Shown here one piece after another: positions 1 through 11,800 of a DNA stretch of 64,000 bases (position 1 is the first letter of the stretch; every line of letters starts with the position of its first letter). Both the position numbers and the translations under genes were made by a program. Origin of the DNA: Mustelus asterias (Eukaryota). Where the stretch lies: positions 74,772,001 through 74,836,000 of the forward strand of contig NC_135813.1 of NCBI RefSeq assembly GCF_964213995.1, written 5' to 3'. The notes beneath the pieces are model-generated. The model had not been told where the DNA came from, searched no databases, and worked only from the letters and a program-made list of their open reading frames with translations.

Positions 1-261
1 GTTTGGAACTGGCCCAATTTCTCCAGTTGCACTTGGCCTTATTTGTGAACTTGGACTCCACAATAATGGGTGTCGAGAACCAGTCTGAGATGTGGAACCC
101 CATGGTGGTTCAAATTCAGCCAGTGAACTTTGAAGCTCATTAGAATGGCCAAATAAAGTTTCATCCACATAGGAAGTCTTTGCTCTAACTCTATAATGAC
201 TGCATCCTTTATGACGTACATGACTGGGTTGAAAATCAGTGACTGCTAAATTGCCTGACAT
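1..261 (-). CDS. RITA1: RBPJ-interacting and tubulin-associated protein 1, first coding exon (runs off the window start)
   Basis: Manual minus-strand translation from ATG at 261: MSGNLAVTDFQPSHVRHKGCSHYRVRAKTSYVDETLFGHSNELQSSLAEFEPPWGST..., matching the RITA1 motif YRVKARTSYVDETLFG...DFDPPW. Acceptor ttcatttatctcatctttAG ends at 319. Head-to-head with DDX54 as in human. Confidence 0.9.
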   Translation of the reverse strand, partial: MSGNLAVTDFQPSHVRHKGCSHYRVRAKTSYVDETLFGHSNELQSSLAEFEPPWGSTSQTGSRHPLLWSPSSQIRPSATGEIGPVPN

Positions 262-744
262 TCCTAGTCCTCGAGATGGTTTGGTCGCTTTGGTTTTTTC
301 AAATATAGCGAAGTCAATCTAAAGATGAGATAAATGAAGAAAGTTTTTTTAAAATATTGAATATTTTCAGTAATTCTATGCATCAGCGTGTTATGAGGCT
401 CTGAAAATTGTCAAGACATATAATTATTTCAAATTGTAGCTCCTGTACCAACACCTGGATGAGGTCAGCTAATTCAGCAGAGACCAGCAATCAAACCTAG
501 GAACTTATTGATTCTTGTGGCTAAAAATTTCCAGGCATACCTTAGTAAGCCATTAGTGATCCTTAGCTGTTTTTAATATATCAATCAGTGAAACATTCCA
601 TGTGTAGCAATCTCAGTATCAACAATTCAAAGATACTGCATTGGTAGATTGTACTGTCAGTGAAATTAACTGGTGTGCCATGTAACATAACATGGTAGCT
701 CAAATAATACATTAAAAAATCCACATCCTCCCACCCCCCCCAAC

Positions 745-995
745 AAATAGAATGCCATTTCTGGATTATAGGAAGCAATATTATGGCACTCTGGTCCACT
801 CCTCTATGATCCCAACAACTCATCCCCATCCCTCAACATCATCCCATGCAATTGCAGGAGGTGTAACACCTGCCCTTATAACATATCTCACCCTCCAAGG
901 CACCAAATGTTTTCCAGGTGAAGTAGCAATTTACTTGTACTTCTTTCAATTTAGTATACAATATTCGCTGCTCACAATACAGTCTCCTCTACAGT
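745..995 (+). mobile_element. Degraded Penelope-like element fragment (Cys-rich linker and GIY-YIG N-terminus)
   Basis: Broken frames read CNCRRCNTCPY ... FQVK*QFTCTSFNLVYNIRCSQYSLLY, typical of the PLE linker and the start of the GIY-YIG domain. Confidence 0.7.
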
Positions 996-1812
996 AGACC
1001 GGATGACCAGGTTAGACATAGAATGTCATTTGTGACTGTGATAACAAGCATCACAATACTGTGCCAAGGCAGAAACCTGAGTGGAGGAATTCAAGCATAG
1101 AATTCCAGGAAAGATGAGCACGAATTTGGGGTTTGGGAGACACCTTGGAGGAGAGATTGAGGTTGGAGAAGGAATGTGGACAGAGAAAGGGGTCAATGGC
1201 TCTTTTTCTGAAGAAAACGTGATGACAGAACATTTAAAGAAGGGCAATAGTACCAAAGAGAGAATTGTTAACTGTGCTATTAACTGCTACTGTAAGTGAA
1301 TAGGGAGAGAGTGGACACAGAAGGAAGCAAGGTTAGGAAGGGGAAAGAGGGCTGTGGATGGAGAGTGATAAGAGTAATCAGAAATGACTTCATCTGTGAT
1401 TGACAACATGGAAGTAGCATGGTCATGTAAGGTGGCAAGTGGTTATAAATAAGGGTTTGGGACTTTATTTGGATGGAGAGATTAAGGAAGAATGGGAAGG
1501 AAATGAACTCAAAGGAGAACATGATGAATTGAAATGCAGGCTGAAATCACTGAGGATGAGAAGTTGGTATCTTGGTCAGAAAATTTTTATGATATTTGAG
1601 TGGGCAGTAGAAAAGTGAGGATTTTAAATTTGGTCAAAATTGTGGTCTTTCCCAAGTCTTATATAATTGCAGCAAGACGTCTTTACACTTCCAAACCCCT
1701 TGCGAAAAACAAAGACCAACATATCATTTGCTTTCCCAAATTGCTTGCCGCCAGCAAGGTAGCTTTCTGTGATTTGTACTCTTGGACACCTCGAGTCTCC
1801 GTACAAACCGAC

Positions 1813-2072
1813 GTTACGAAGGGTCATCCAGACTTGAAACGTTGGCCGGAATTTTACCGTCCCATCCGCCAGGGAAATCGGAGCGGATGAGGGGGCGGAC
1901 CATGGAAAGGTCTGTTGACCTTGGGGGGGCGGGATTTTACAGTTTCAGGACAAGCGAGACTGCAAAATCCCGCCCGTTGGCTCTGTTCTCTCGCCACAGA
2001 TGCTGTCAGACCTGCTGAGATTTTCCAGCGTTTTCTGTTTTGGTTCCAGCATCCGCAGGGATTTGCTTATAT
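1813..2072 (+). mobile_element. PLE family B 3' end (hammerhead remnant) interrupted by a MITE at ~1844-1974
   Basis: acgaagggtcatccagacttGAAACGTTgg, then the MITE, then ctctgttctctcgccacagatgctgtcagacctgctgagattttccagc..., same as the copy at 20742. Confidence 0.7.
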
Positions 2073-2328
2073 TTAATTTTGGCGTTGGGGGCGGGGACGC
2101 ATTCTGCTTTCCCATCCTCCTAACAAAGTGAATAACTCCACACTTTAACCCCACAAAATGCCTCTATTAGCTGCCAGCACAAATCTCCCAAGTCTGGGCC
2201 CATCTCGCCAAAACAGGGGAACAAATGAACGACGCGTACACTGATATATTTTGCCCTTTACTCTTCCAGCGAAGTGGATCCCGAGTAATACAGGGACCCA
2301 GTGGACGAGGCAACAGTACGACTCATAC

Positions 2329-2748
2329 CTGTCCAGGTGAGCTCTCGCTGCACAGGTAATGTGCCCGCCTCGCGCCGCCGTTGCGACAGCAGCAATCACC
2401 AGGGCTGTGGAGCGAACCATCACCGGTAGGGAGGGGGAAACCATTGGCACGACAGCCAGACGACAGACATGACAAAACACCCCCTCCCCCCAGCCTTAAA
2501 AACACTTTAGACACTATAATAACCTTAGCACGGGTAAATCAAAGAAAATAAATCTTCATCAGCGTTGTTCCAACAGTGATGATGTGTATTCTTCCATTCT
2601 CCCCCTTGTTGCTAAGAAGAGAATGGGCGCACCCAGTAACCTCTGACCTTTCTGGGAGCTGCGGCGCACGCGCCGTTCGGTTGAGCGAGAGAGAGAGGGG
2701 CACGCGTGCGGACGGCTCGGGCAGTTTGGATTCAGTCGGCGGGGAGCC
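2329..2748. promoter_or_regulatory. CpG-rich bidirectional promoter and 5' UTR region shared by RITA1 and DDX54
   Basis: Local CpG/GC enrichment, NRF1-like gcggcgcacgcgcc and gcacgcgtgcg, DDX54 ATG in a good Kozak context (gagccATGG), and a strong minus-strand donor (CAG|GTATGAGT at 2329/2328) for a probable RITA1 5' exon. Confidence 0.65.
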
Positions 2749-2892
2749 ATGGCGCAGAAGAAGAAAGGGCCCAACAAATGGCGGAAGCCCCGGGCTCACT
2801 CGAAGCCTCGCCACCGGGACGTAGATGTGGAGAGTGACGGCGGGGAGTTCCAGCTGGCCCCGCTAACCGAGGAGGATGACGGCACGGACAAG
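2749..2892 (+). CDS. DDX54: DDX54 exon 1
   Basis: [13 protein letters not shown]...ESDGGEF...DGTDK|gttggt, phase 0. Confidence 0.9.
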
Positions 2893-5800
2893 GTTGGTGG
2901 GCCGGGAGCAGGAGTTATTTTTTTTTGCCGGTGAGGCCGACATGCCTGTCAAACCAAAATAGTGCGGAAATCGGAAAGCCGAAGCCGGTAAGATTCAGCA
3001 GGGCGGCAGCAGCTTTAATACGTCTCATCAATACTTTTCCCCGTATCCCAGTACTTGTGACAATAAATCCATTCAATCCCTACAGAGAGGGATCAGAGCT
3101 AACGTTTCAGTTCACTGGCATCTCTGCCAAACTGGAAAAATAATCGCAGGTTTTAGGCAAACTTGGGAACGCTGGAAAGACGTGAATGGGTAGGAAGGCA
3201 GGAGGCTTTAAATGACAATAATGGTGTAAGTTCATGGTACTTGGTAATTTTACAAAGTTCATTTATTAGCTTCACAAGTAGGCCTACATTTAACACTGCA
3301 ATGAGGTTACTGTGAAAACCTCCTAGTTGCCACACTCTTGGTGCCTGTTCGGGTACACTGAGGGTGAATTTAGCATGGCTGATGTACCTAACCAGCAAGT
3401 CTTTCGGACAGTGGGAGGAAACCCACACAGACACGGGGAGAACGCACAGACTCCACAGAAAGTGACCCAAGCTGGGAATCGAACCTGGGTCCCTGGTGCT
3501 GAGGCAGCAGTGTGAACCATTGTGCCACTATGTCGCCCTATCTGGTGAATGTAAATATTTTAGCTTATTTCTTTAGGATCTTTGTTGAAAAGGGCTGAGT
3601 GGCTCTGATCTTTCTCATCTCTCTTCTGTGACAGCTAACTAACAGCGTAAGATTTTTGTTCAAAAAGTTGCCCTCCATTCAATAAATGTAGTGTATGGCA
3701 CAGAAACAGATGATTCAACCCTATTAGTCTATAGTGATATTCTTGCTTCACATGAGCTTCCACTCACCCGACTTCATCTGAAGCTATCAACATATCCTAT
3801 TTTTCTTTTCATGCCTTTACCTGGCTCCCATTTAAATGCATTGATCCTATATGGAACATTCTTTTAAAAAATCTGTTAACCAAAGCCTTAAGAGTAGCTG
3901 GTTTTGTGTATTGAGTCAATGATTGTTTATCCTTGCTGATGAACTGATGCCTGATATGAATCATTGTGGATTTATATTTATTGCTGAGATTACCTCTGTA
4001 AATCTAGCCATGCAGACTGTGATGCCTTAATTCAAAACTCATCTTACATGGTACCTTTAGATATTTTTCATTATCCTACAGAAAACAAGGAAGCAATAAC
4101 ATTCAGTTGTGAGGATTTGCACTAAAAAGTTTGTTTTTAGTTTGAATGTACACTAGAAATTGATTTTGCTCAGAATCTAATTAATTGTAAATGAAGTTAT
4201 TTCAGAGATAACTTAAATGTAATTATCTGGGTTTAATTACTTTCACAGTGCAGCTTCAGACATTTACCAAGCTTTCCTTCAGCCGATTGTCCATCAGACG
4301 TGGAACCAGACACCCGTGAGATGGTCCGACAACAGAATAAGAAGAAGAAGAAGTCAGGAGGCTTTCAGTCAATGGGTACACCCAACAGCTTCTGATACTT
4401 GAATTACTTTTTTGATCATTTGAGCCACTAAAGTTCTAGCAAGTTAATTTATGTAGTCCTTGACAAACCAGTTATGACCTAAGTAGTTTGTTTTTCCATT
4501 TAGTAGACATAACCCCGATGTTCATTTTCTTAAAACATAATCTAGATACTGTAGTATGCTGTTCTCAATTCATCTAGAGCTGTGCTCTATGGCATTTGTT
4601 AAAAGTGGTGCAGATGTTTCATATTCGGCTTCATCTCAGTGTTCAACAACCTAAATAGACGATCAGCAAGGGCACAAAATAGTATTTCTCCCAACAGAAG
4701 CAGTTTCTTTATTACAAGATGCTGCAACAAAGAACAGCACAGGAACAGGCCCTTTGGCACACCAAGTCTGTGCTGACACAGATGCCTCCCTAATCTAATA
4801 TTTTCTTGCCTCTATGTGGTCCATATGCCTCTATTCCCTGCCTATTCATGTGTCTATCCAGATGCCTGTTGAACTTTGTTATAAAATCTGCTTCCACCAC
4901 TACCTCCGGCAGCGCTTTCCAAGCATTCGCCACTCTCTGTGTGAAAAACTTGCCCTTGCATCTCTTTTAAACTTTCTCCCTCTCACTTTCAACCAACCTG
5001 GTGGCACTGTGGCGCAGTGGTTAGCACTGCTGCCTCACAGCAGCAGGGACCTGGGTTCGATTCCCAGCTTGGGTCACTGTGTGGCATTTGTGCGTTCTTC
5101 CCACATCTGCATGGGTTTCCTCCGGGTGCTCCGGTTTTCTCCCACACTCCAAAGATGTGCGGGTTGGGAGGGTTGGCCATGCTGAATTGCCCCTTAGTGT
5201 CAGAGGACTAACTAAATGCATGGGGTTATGGGGATAGGGCCTGAGTGGGACTGTGGTCATGCAGACTCGATAGGCCGAATGGCTGCCTTCTACACTAATA
5301 TTCTATTCTATGCCCCTGAGTAATTGACTCTTCGACCTAGGGAGAAAAACTCTGACTATCCACTCTATCCAAGCCTGTCATAATATTGTAAACCTCTATC
5401 AGGTCCCCCTCATCCTCCGACACTCCAATAAAAACAGTCCAAGTTTGTTCAACCTTTCTTCATAGTGCATATCCTCCAAACCAGGCAACATCCTGGTAAA
5501 TCTCTTCTGCACTCTTTCCAAAGCATTAATGTCCTACTGGTAGTGTGGCGACTAGAATTGTACACAATACTCCAAATGTGGCCTAACCAAAGTCTTATAC
5601 AACTGCAACAGAATTTTCCAATTCCTATACTCAACGCTCCGACTGATGAATGCCAGCATACCATATGCCTTCTTGACCACCTTGTCCACCTGAATTACCA
5701 CCTTTAGGGAACTGTGGATCTGCACACCTAGATGCCTCTGCATGTTAATATTTCATTTATTATATACTTTCCTTCTGCAGTAGACCTTCCAAATCGCATC

Positions 5801-8800
5801 ACCGCACATTTGTCTGGATTAAATTCCAACTGCCATCTTTTGGCCCAGGTCTCCAGCCGATTTATATCCTCTGACATTCCTCCTCACGATCAGCTTCTCC
5901 CCAAATTTTTGTATCATTGCAAATTTACTAATCAGACACCTACATTTTACTCCAAAGGCGTCCCAACACTGACCCTTGTGGGATCCCATATGATTTATCC
6001 TAATTCTGTTGCATGTTCTATCTTCACGTTTTCGTAAACAGATGCATCATCATCTGGTTTAAAACCAGATGTAACTGACGAAACAGTTTTAAATTAAAAA
6101 CAAAAATTGAACTGTTGGTTGTTGTCCTGTTGCAAGCATTAGTCAAGAGGAAACATTATTTAAATGAAAAACAGGGTGGAGAACATTTTGGTTAAGATGT
6201 GCATATATAATTCAATTTATGTTTCAAAGTCGCACGTCCTGGTCTTAATTTTTTGCAATACTTTATTTCAAGTTGCCATAAGTTTTGCTATTTAACAAAG
6301 TCAGAGAAATTTGGAACATAAGAGTTTCTGCTTCTCAGATGGCTGTGAGTCTCTAGAATTCTCTTCCTCAAAAAGCAGTGGAAGCAGAACCTTTGAATAT
6401 TTTTAAGGCAAAGCTAGGTAGATTCTTGATTAACAAGGGGGTGGAAGGTTATCAGGGTAGGCCAGAATGTGGGTTTGAGGTTACAATCAGATCAGCCATG
6501 ATCTTATTGAATGGCGAAACAGGCTTGAGGGTCTGAGTGGCCTACTCCTCTTAATACGTATGCTTATAAACTGAACACTATAGAAATGTACAGTTGAGGT
6601 GCCACAGACCGATAAATGTGTAGCTACAAAGTAATTTTAATTTGACTGTAAATGTAGATATCTATGCAAATATGTGACAAGTAATATTTTCTGGACAAAA
6701 ACTGCATTACATAGTTAAAAATTTGAATATATAAATGTGACAGGAAGACTTGCTTAATTTTTTATAAATTAATTGCTTTGCATATCTTTCTGTTTGCCTT
6801 TTACTGTATTGGCCGGGGTTCTCCCAAAGATATTCGAAGTGCCAAATTCACATAAAAAAACTGGAATAACTCCCGTTGGTTTTTTCTTCAGTCCCGGACC
6901 TACTAATCAGATTCAAATGAAGATTTAAATATTTTAATCAGCTCCACACCAATTTTCAACGTAGAGCTGACGCCGCCGGCAATCTGGGGCCCAGAGGCCG
7001 TGGCGCCCAGCAGGAATCCTGCTAAATGGCCTCCGCTTATGTCTCCCAGCCTGCTTTAGCTGGGGAAATCGCCCCCATTTACTTTTTCTTGGTGCCTTAG
7101 ATATTCCTGTCTGGTTTGCTGGCTAGCTTCATGCTGTCATATTAATGCAGTCATTGCAGAGATATTCTGGTATCAGAGTGTGTGCATCAAACACCACAAT
7201 TGTGGCAGCCAACACTGCACAGCGATGTTATGCAGAAATTATACATTTTTTAACATTTGTACAAAATGGCTATTACAAAATTGATAACTTTTGTTTTTCC
7301 ACAGGTTTAAGTTTTCCTGTTTTTAAAGGCATAATGAAGAAAGGATACAAAGTACCAACACCAATTCAGAGAAAGGTAACTTGTCGTGGTGCTAATATTA
7401 GAGCAAATCATTGCCACAACGATTTTTGTTATAAATTCGCACATATAGAGGAAACATCATGGGTGAAAATCATTGTTTATTTATATTGTGCTAATGGCAC
7501 CAATTTGTGATAGTTATTCATTCATGATCAAAATAAAAGGCTACCATAAAAATGACCAGATAAAAATTGTACATTTGATGGTTCTTCATCAACAGATAAA
7601 ATATATGATACGCTCTACATGAAAAGGTATTCTCAAATAAAAGGAAATTTTTTAAAAATAAGGAAGGGAGCGTTAGTGTAATAGTAATGTTGCTAGACCT
7701 AGTATTCCAGAGGTATGGACTAATGCTCTGGGGACCTGTGTTTAAATCCTACTACAAATTAATTTGGAATAAAAATGCTGTTCTCATTAACAGTGATCAT
7801 GAAACTACCAGATTGTTGTGAAAACTCATCGGTTTCACTTATGTCCTTCAGCTACAGTCTTATGTAGCTCAGCCTGACCTACATGTGACTCCAGCAATGC
7901 CATTGACTCTTAAACATCCTATGAAATGGCCTAATTAAATTCTATCAAACTGTTACAGAAGAGTCAAACATTGGTCATAACTACACCACATGAACTACAG
8001 TGTTCAAGAAGGCAGTTCACCTCCACATTCTCAATGGCAGTTAGGGATAGGCGATAAAAGCTGACCTTCTCAGCTATGTTCACACCCATAGAATGGATGA
8101 AAAAATTATATGTAGTTAACATTTTCATTCAGTTGTGTTATCATTGTTTTCAAACTTTAAAATCCATGTGAACAGTTTCTGCACTTGCCAGGTTTATATT
8201 TGTAACTGCAACCTCTGTGTCATAGTTGAATCTCAACCATCAATCAGGTTAAAATGATTATAAATTGTTCTTGCTTTGCATGCTGCTTTCTCCTCAGCAG
8301 AGATAGCAAGCAACTCTTCTGCTATCAGACCTCTGCTGATCTTCAGCTGACTATAAATGCATGCGAAAGAGCAGTGTTGACCAACTCCCCAAATAATTTC
8401 AGTACATTTTGAATAAGTTTGGTAGGGAATAAACTTTCCAAACAGCATCTTGACTGTTAGCTCTGTTGTGATTAGCAGCTCAGTTTGTGTACAGGGGAAT
8501 AATGATCAAATTTGAGAAAGGGAAGCAACTTGATTTTGACCAGCGAATTTTCAAGAGGTAGATGATTTCTGTATTTTGGAAAATGAATTACCACAGTTTG
8601 AAAGTTTACCTTGAGGAATTATTTCACTTGCATATTTTTGAGATAAAAATCTGTTCTTGGTTTTAGACTATCCCGCTGATACTGGATGGCAAGGATGTCG
8701 TTGCTATGGCTAGGACAGGTAGTGGTAAGACGGCAGCATTTCTTATTCCATTGTTTGAACAGCTGAAGGTGCACAATGCTCAGTCAGGAGCAAGAGCTTT

Positions 8801-11800
8801 AATCCTGACTCCAACTAGAGAACTGGCATTACAGACCATGAAGTTCACAAAAGAGGTAAAATACTTCCTTCTGGCTTTATGTATTCAATAAATCTGGAAT
8901 TAGATTAGCAAGCATGGAATCTAACAGTTATTTGGTTCCTAAATAGTTTGTTGCATTCATATTGCTACAGTAGAGGCCTTAAAGTGTTTTTTCAGTACCA
9001 TTTTGAAATTCTTACCATTCCAGGAGAATTTAAACTGTTAAAAACAAACTGCATTATTAAGCAATCACACGAAGTGATGGGTAAAATTTGAACAGATTAG
9101 GACAGCTGTAGTATATCTTTATGTCTGACTGAGTGTTCTCTGTCTTGCTTTTCCATGATGTGGAGATGCCGGCGTTGGACTGGGGTAAACACAGTAAGAA
9201 GTCTCACAACACCAGGTTAAAGTCCAACAGGTTTATTTGGTAGCAAATGCCACTAGCTTTCAGACGAAGGAGCAGCACGCTCCGAAAGCTAGTGGCATTT
9301 GCTACCAAATAAACCTGTTGGACTTTAACCTGGTGTTGTTAGACTTCTTACTGAATTGATTTTTCATGTCAGGCAAGCCAACAAGAAGTTAAATATCAGG
9401 AGCAGATAGTCTCAAATAAATCAAAATATTCGTGTCTCAAAATTGTCCGTCACACAAAAAAGAAAATATTTGCATTTATAGAACGCTTTTTATAACCGTC
9501 GGATATCTCAATAATTTTTTCCACTCAATTAAGTATATTTTTACTACAGCCATTTTGCAATGTAGGAAACCTAATTCATCAAGCAAAGAAAAATCTTTGT
9601 ATTTGTGTAACATCTTACCATAACTCTTAAAAACATTCAAAATAGCTTCATAAACAATAAATTACATACTTTAACTTTACATACTTTAACTGCGGATTAA
9701 TCCGGGATAGTCAGCACAGATTTGTGAAGGGCAAGTCGTGCATCACAAATTTGATAGAATTTTTTGAGGAGGTAACAAAGTGTGTTGATGAAGGTAGGGC
9801 AGTTGATGTCATATACATGGATTTTAGTAAGGTATTTGATAAGGTCCCCCATGGTCGGCTTATGATGAAAGTAAGGAGGTGTGGGATAGAGGGAAAGTTG
9901 GCAGATTGGATAGGTAACTGGCTATCTGATCGAAGACAGAGGGTGGTGGTGGATGGAAAATTTTCGGACTGGAGGCAGGTTGCTAGCGGAGTGCCACAGG
10001 GATCAGTGCTTGGTCCTCTGCTATTTGTGATTTTTATTAATGACTTGGAGGAGGGGTTTCAGATAAAGCTCGGCAGGGTGGATCAGTAAGCTTGCTGATG
10101 ACACCAAGATTGGTGGAGTAGTGGATGAGGTGGAGGGCTGTTGTAGACTGCAAAGAGACATAGATAGGATGCAAAGCTGGGCTGAAAAATGGCAGATGGA
10201 GTTTAACCCTGATAAATGTGAGGTGATTCATTTTGGTAGGACAAATTTAAATGTGGATTACAGGGCCAAAGGTAGGGTTCTGAAGACTGGAGGAACAGAG
10301 AGATCTTGGGGTCCATATCCACAGATCTCTGAAGGTTGCCACTCAAGTGGATAGAGCTGTGAAGAAGGCCTATAGTGTGTTAGCTTTTATTAACAAGGGG
10401 TTGGAGTTTAAGAGCCGTGGGGTTATGTTGCAACTGTACAGGACCTTGGTGAGACCACATTTGGAATATTGTGTGCAGTTCTGGTCACCTCGCTATAAGA
10501 AGGATGTGGAAGCGCTGGAAAGAGTGCAAAGGAGATTTACCAGGATGCTGCCTGATTTGGAGGGTAGGTCTTATGAGGAAAGGTTGAGGGAGCTAGGGCT
10601 GTTCTCTCTGGAGCGGAGGAGGTTGAGGGGAGACTTAATTGAGGTTTATAAAATGATGAAGGGGATAGATAGAGTGAACGTTCAAAGACTATTTCCTCGG
10701 GTGGATGGAGCTATTACAAGGGGGCATAACTATAGGGTTCATGGTGGGAGATATAGGAAGGATATGAGAGGTAGGTTCTTTACGCAGAGAGTGGTTGGGG
10801 TGTGGAATGGACTGCCTGCAGTGATAGTGGAGTCAGACACTTTAGGAACATTTAAGCGGTTATTGGATAGGCACATGGAGCACACCAGGATGATAGGGAG
10901 TGGGATAGCTTGATCTTGGTTTCAGATAAAGCTCAGCACAACATCGTGGGCCGAAGGGCCTGTTCTGTGCTGTACAGTTCTATGTTCTAAAATCATAATT
11001 TTGTATATTATAAAATGTAACTGGACAAAACATAGTTAGAGTTACATTACTGATATAAAGTTAAAGTTATTAGTCACAAGTAAGGCTTACATTAACACTG
11101 CAATGAAGTTACTGTGAAATTCCCCTAGTCGCCACAGTCCAGTGCCTGTTCAGGTCAATGCACCTAACCAGCGCATCTTTCAGAATGTGGGAGGAAACTG
11201 GAGCACCCTGGGGAAACCCATGCAGACACGGGGAGAACGTGCAGACCCCACACAGACAGTGACCCGGGTCCCTGGTGCTGTGAAGCAGCAGTGCCACCGT
11301 GCTGCTATGGAATGTGCCTTTGGTGCTTCCTTACTCCAGTACAGTTTTCCTTGATACATAATGTGTGTAGTTACTTCTTTACTGCTGATTGGAACTAATA
11401 AATCCAAAGAATGAGCATAGTTTTTTCATCTGGATGTGTTTGTGTATTAATTCCACTTAATAGGATATTTTATCTTTTAAACTAATATTAAAGAAAAGAT
11501 TATATTATTTGTATAAATAAAGCACGGATATTGTCCAGATTAAGAATTGTGGTCCAGAGTTATCTATTACATATTTCAGATTTTATTTTGGAATATTTAT
11601 TTAATGCTGGTTATAGAGCCTTGACAAATGCTTCATGCTTGTGTTGAATAAATATACCATTCATTATCAAAATATAAACAAAAGCTTTACTGCACACAAT
11701 TTTCTGATCTATCTTTATTTGCAGCTTGGAAAATTTGCTGGCTTCAAAACAGCTTTAATCTTGGGCGGAGACAAGTGAGTATCTTTTTGGATGGTAATCT

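Noticed and set aside
39-221. 60-aa ORF from the track
   Set aside because: Alternative frame overlapping the real RITA1 frame.
3915-3990. Intronic C/D-box snoRNA candidate (TGATGA...CTGA)
   Set aside because: No convincing terminal stem or recognisable rRNA guide, and the motifs are expected by chance.
5000-5075. tRNA genes at the SINE heads
   Set aside because: A/B boxes run straight into the V-domain and LINE-like tails in about 20 copies, so these are SINEs.
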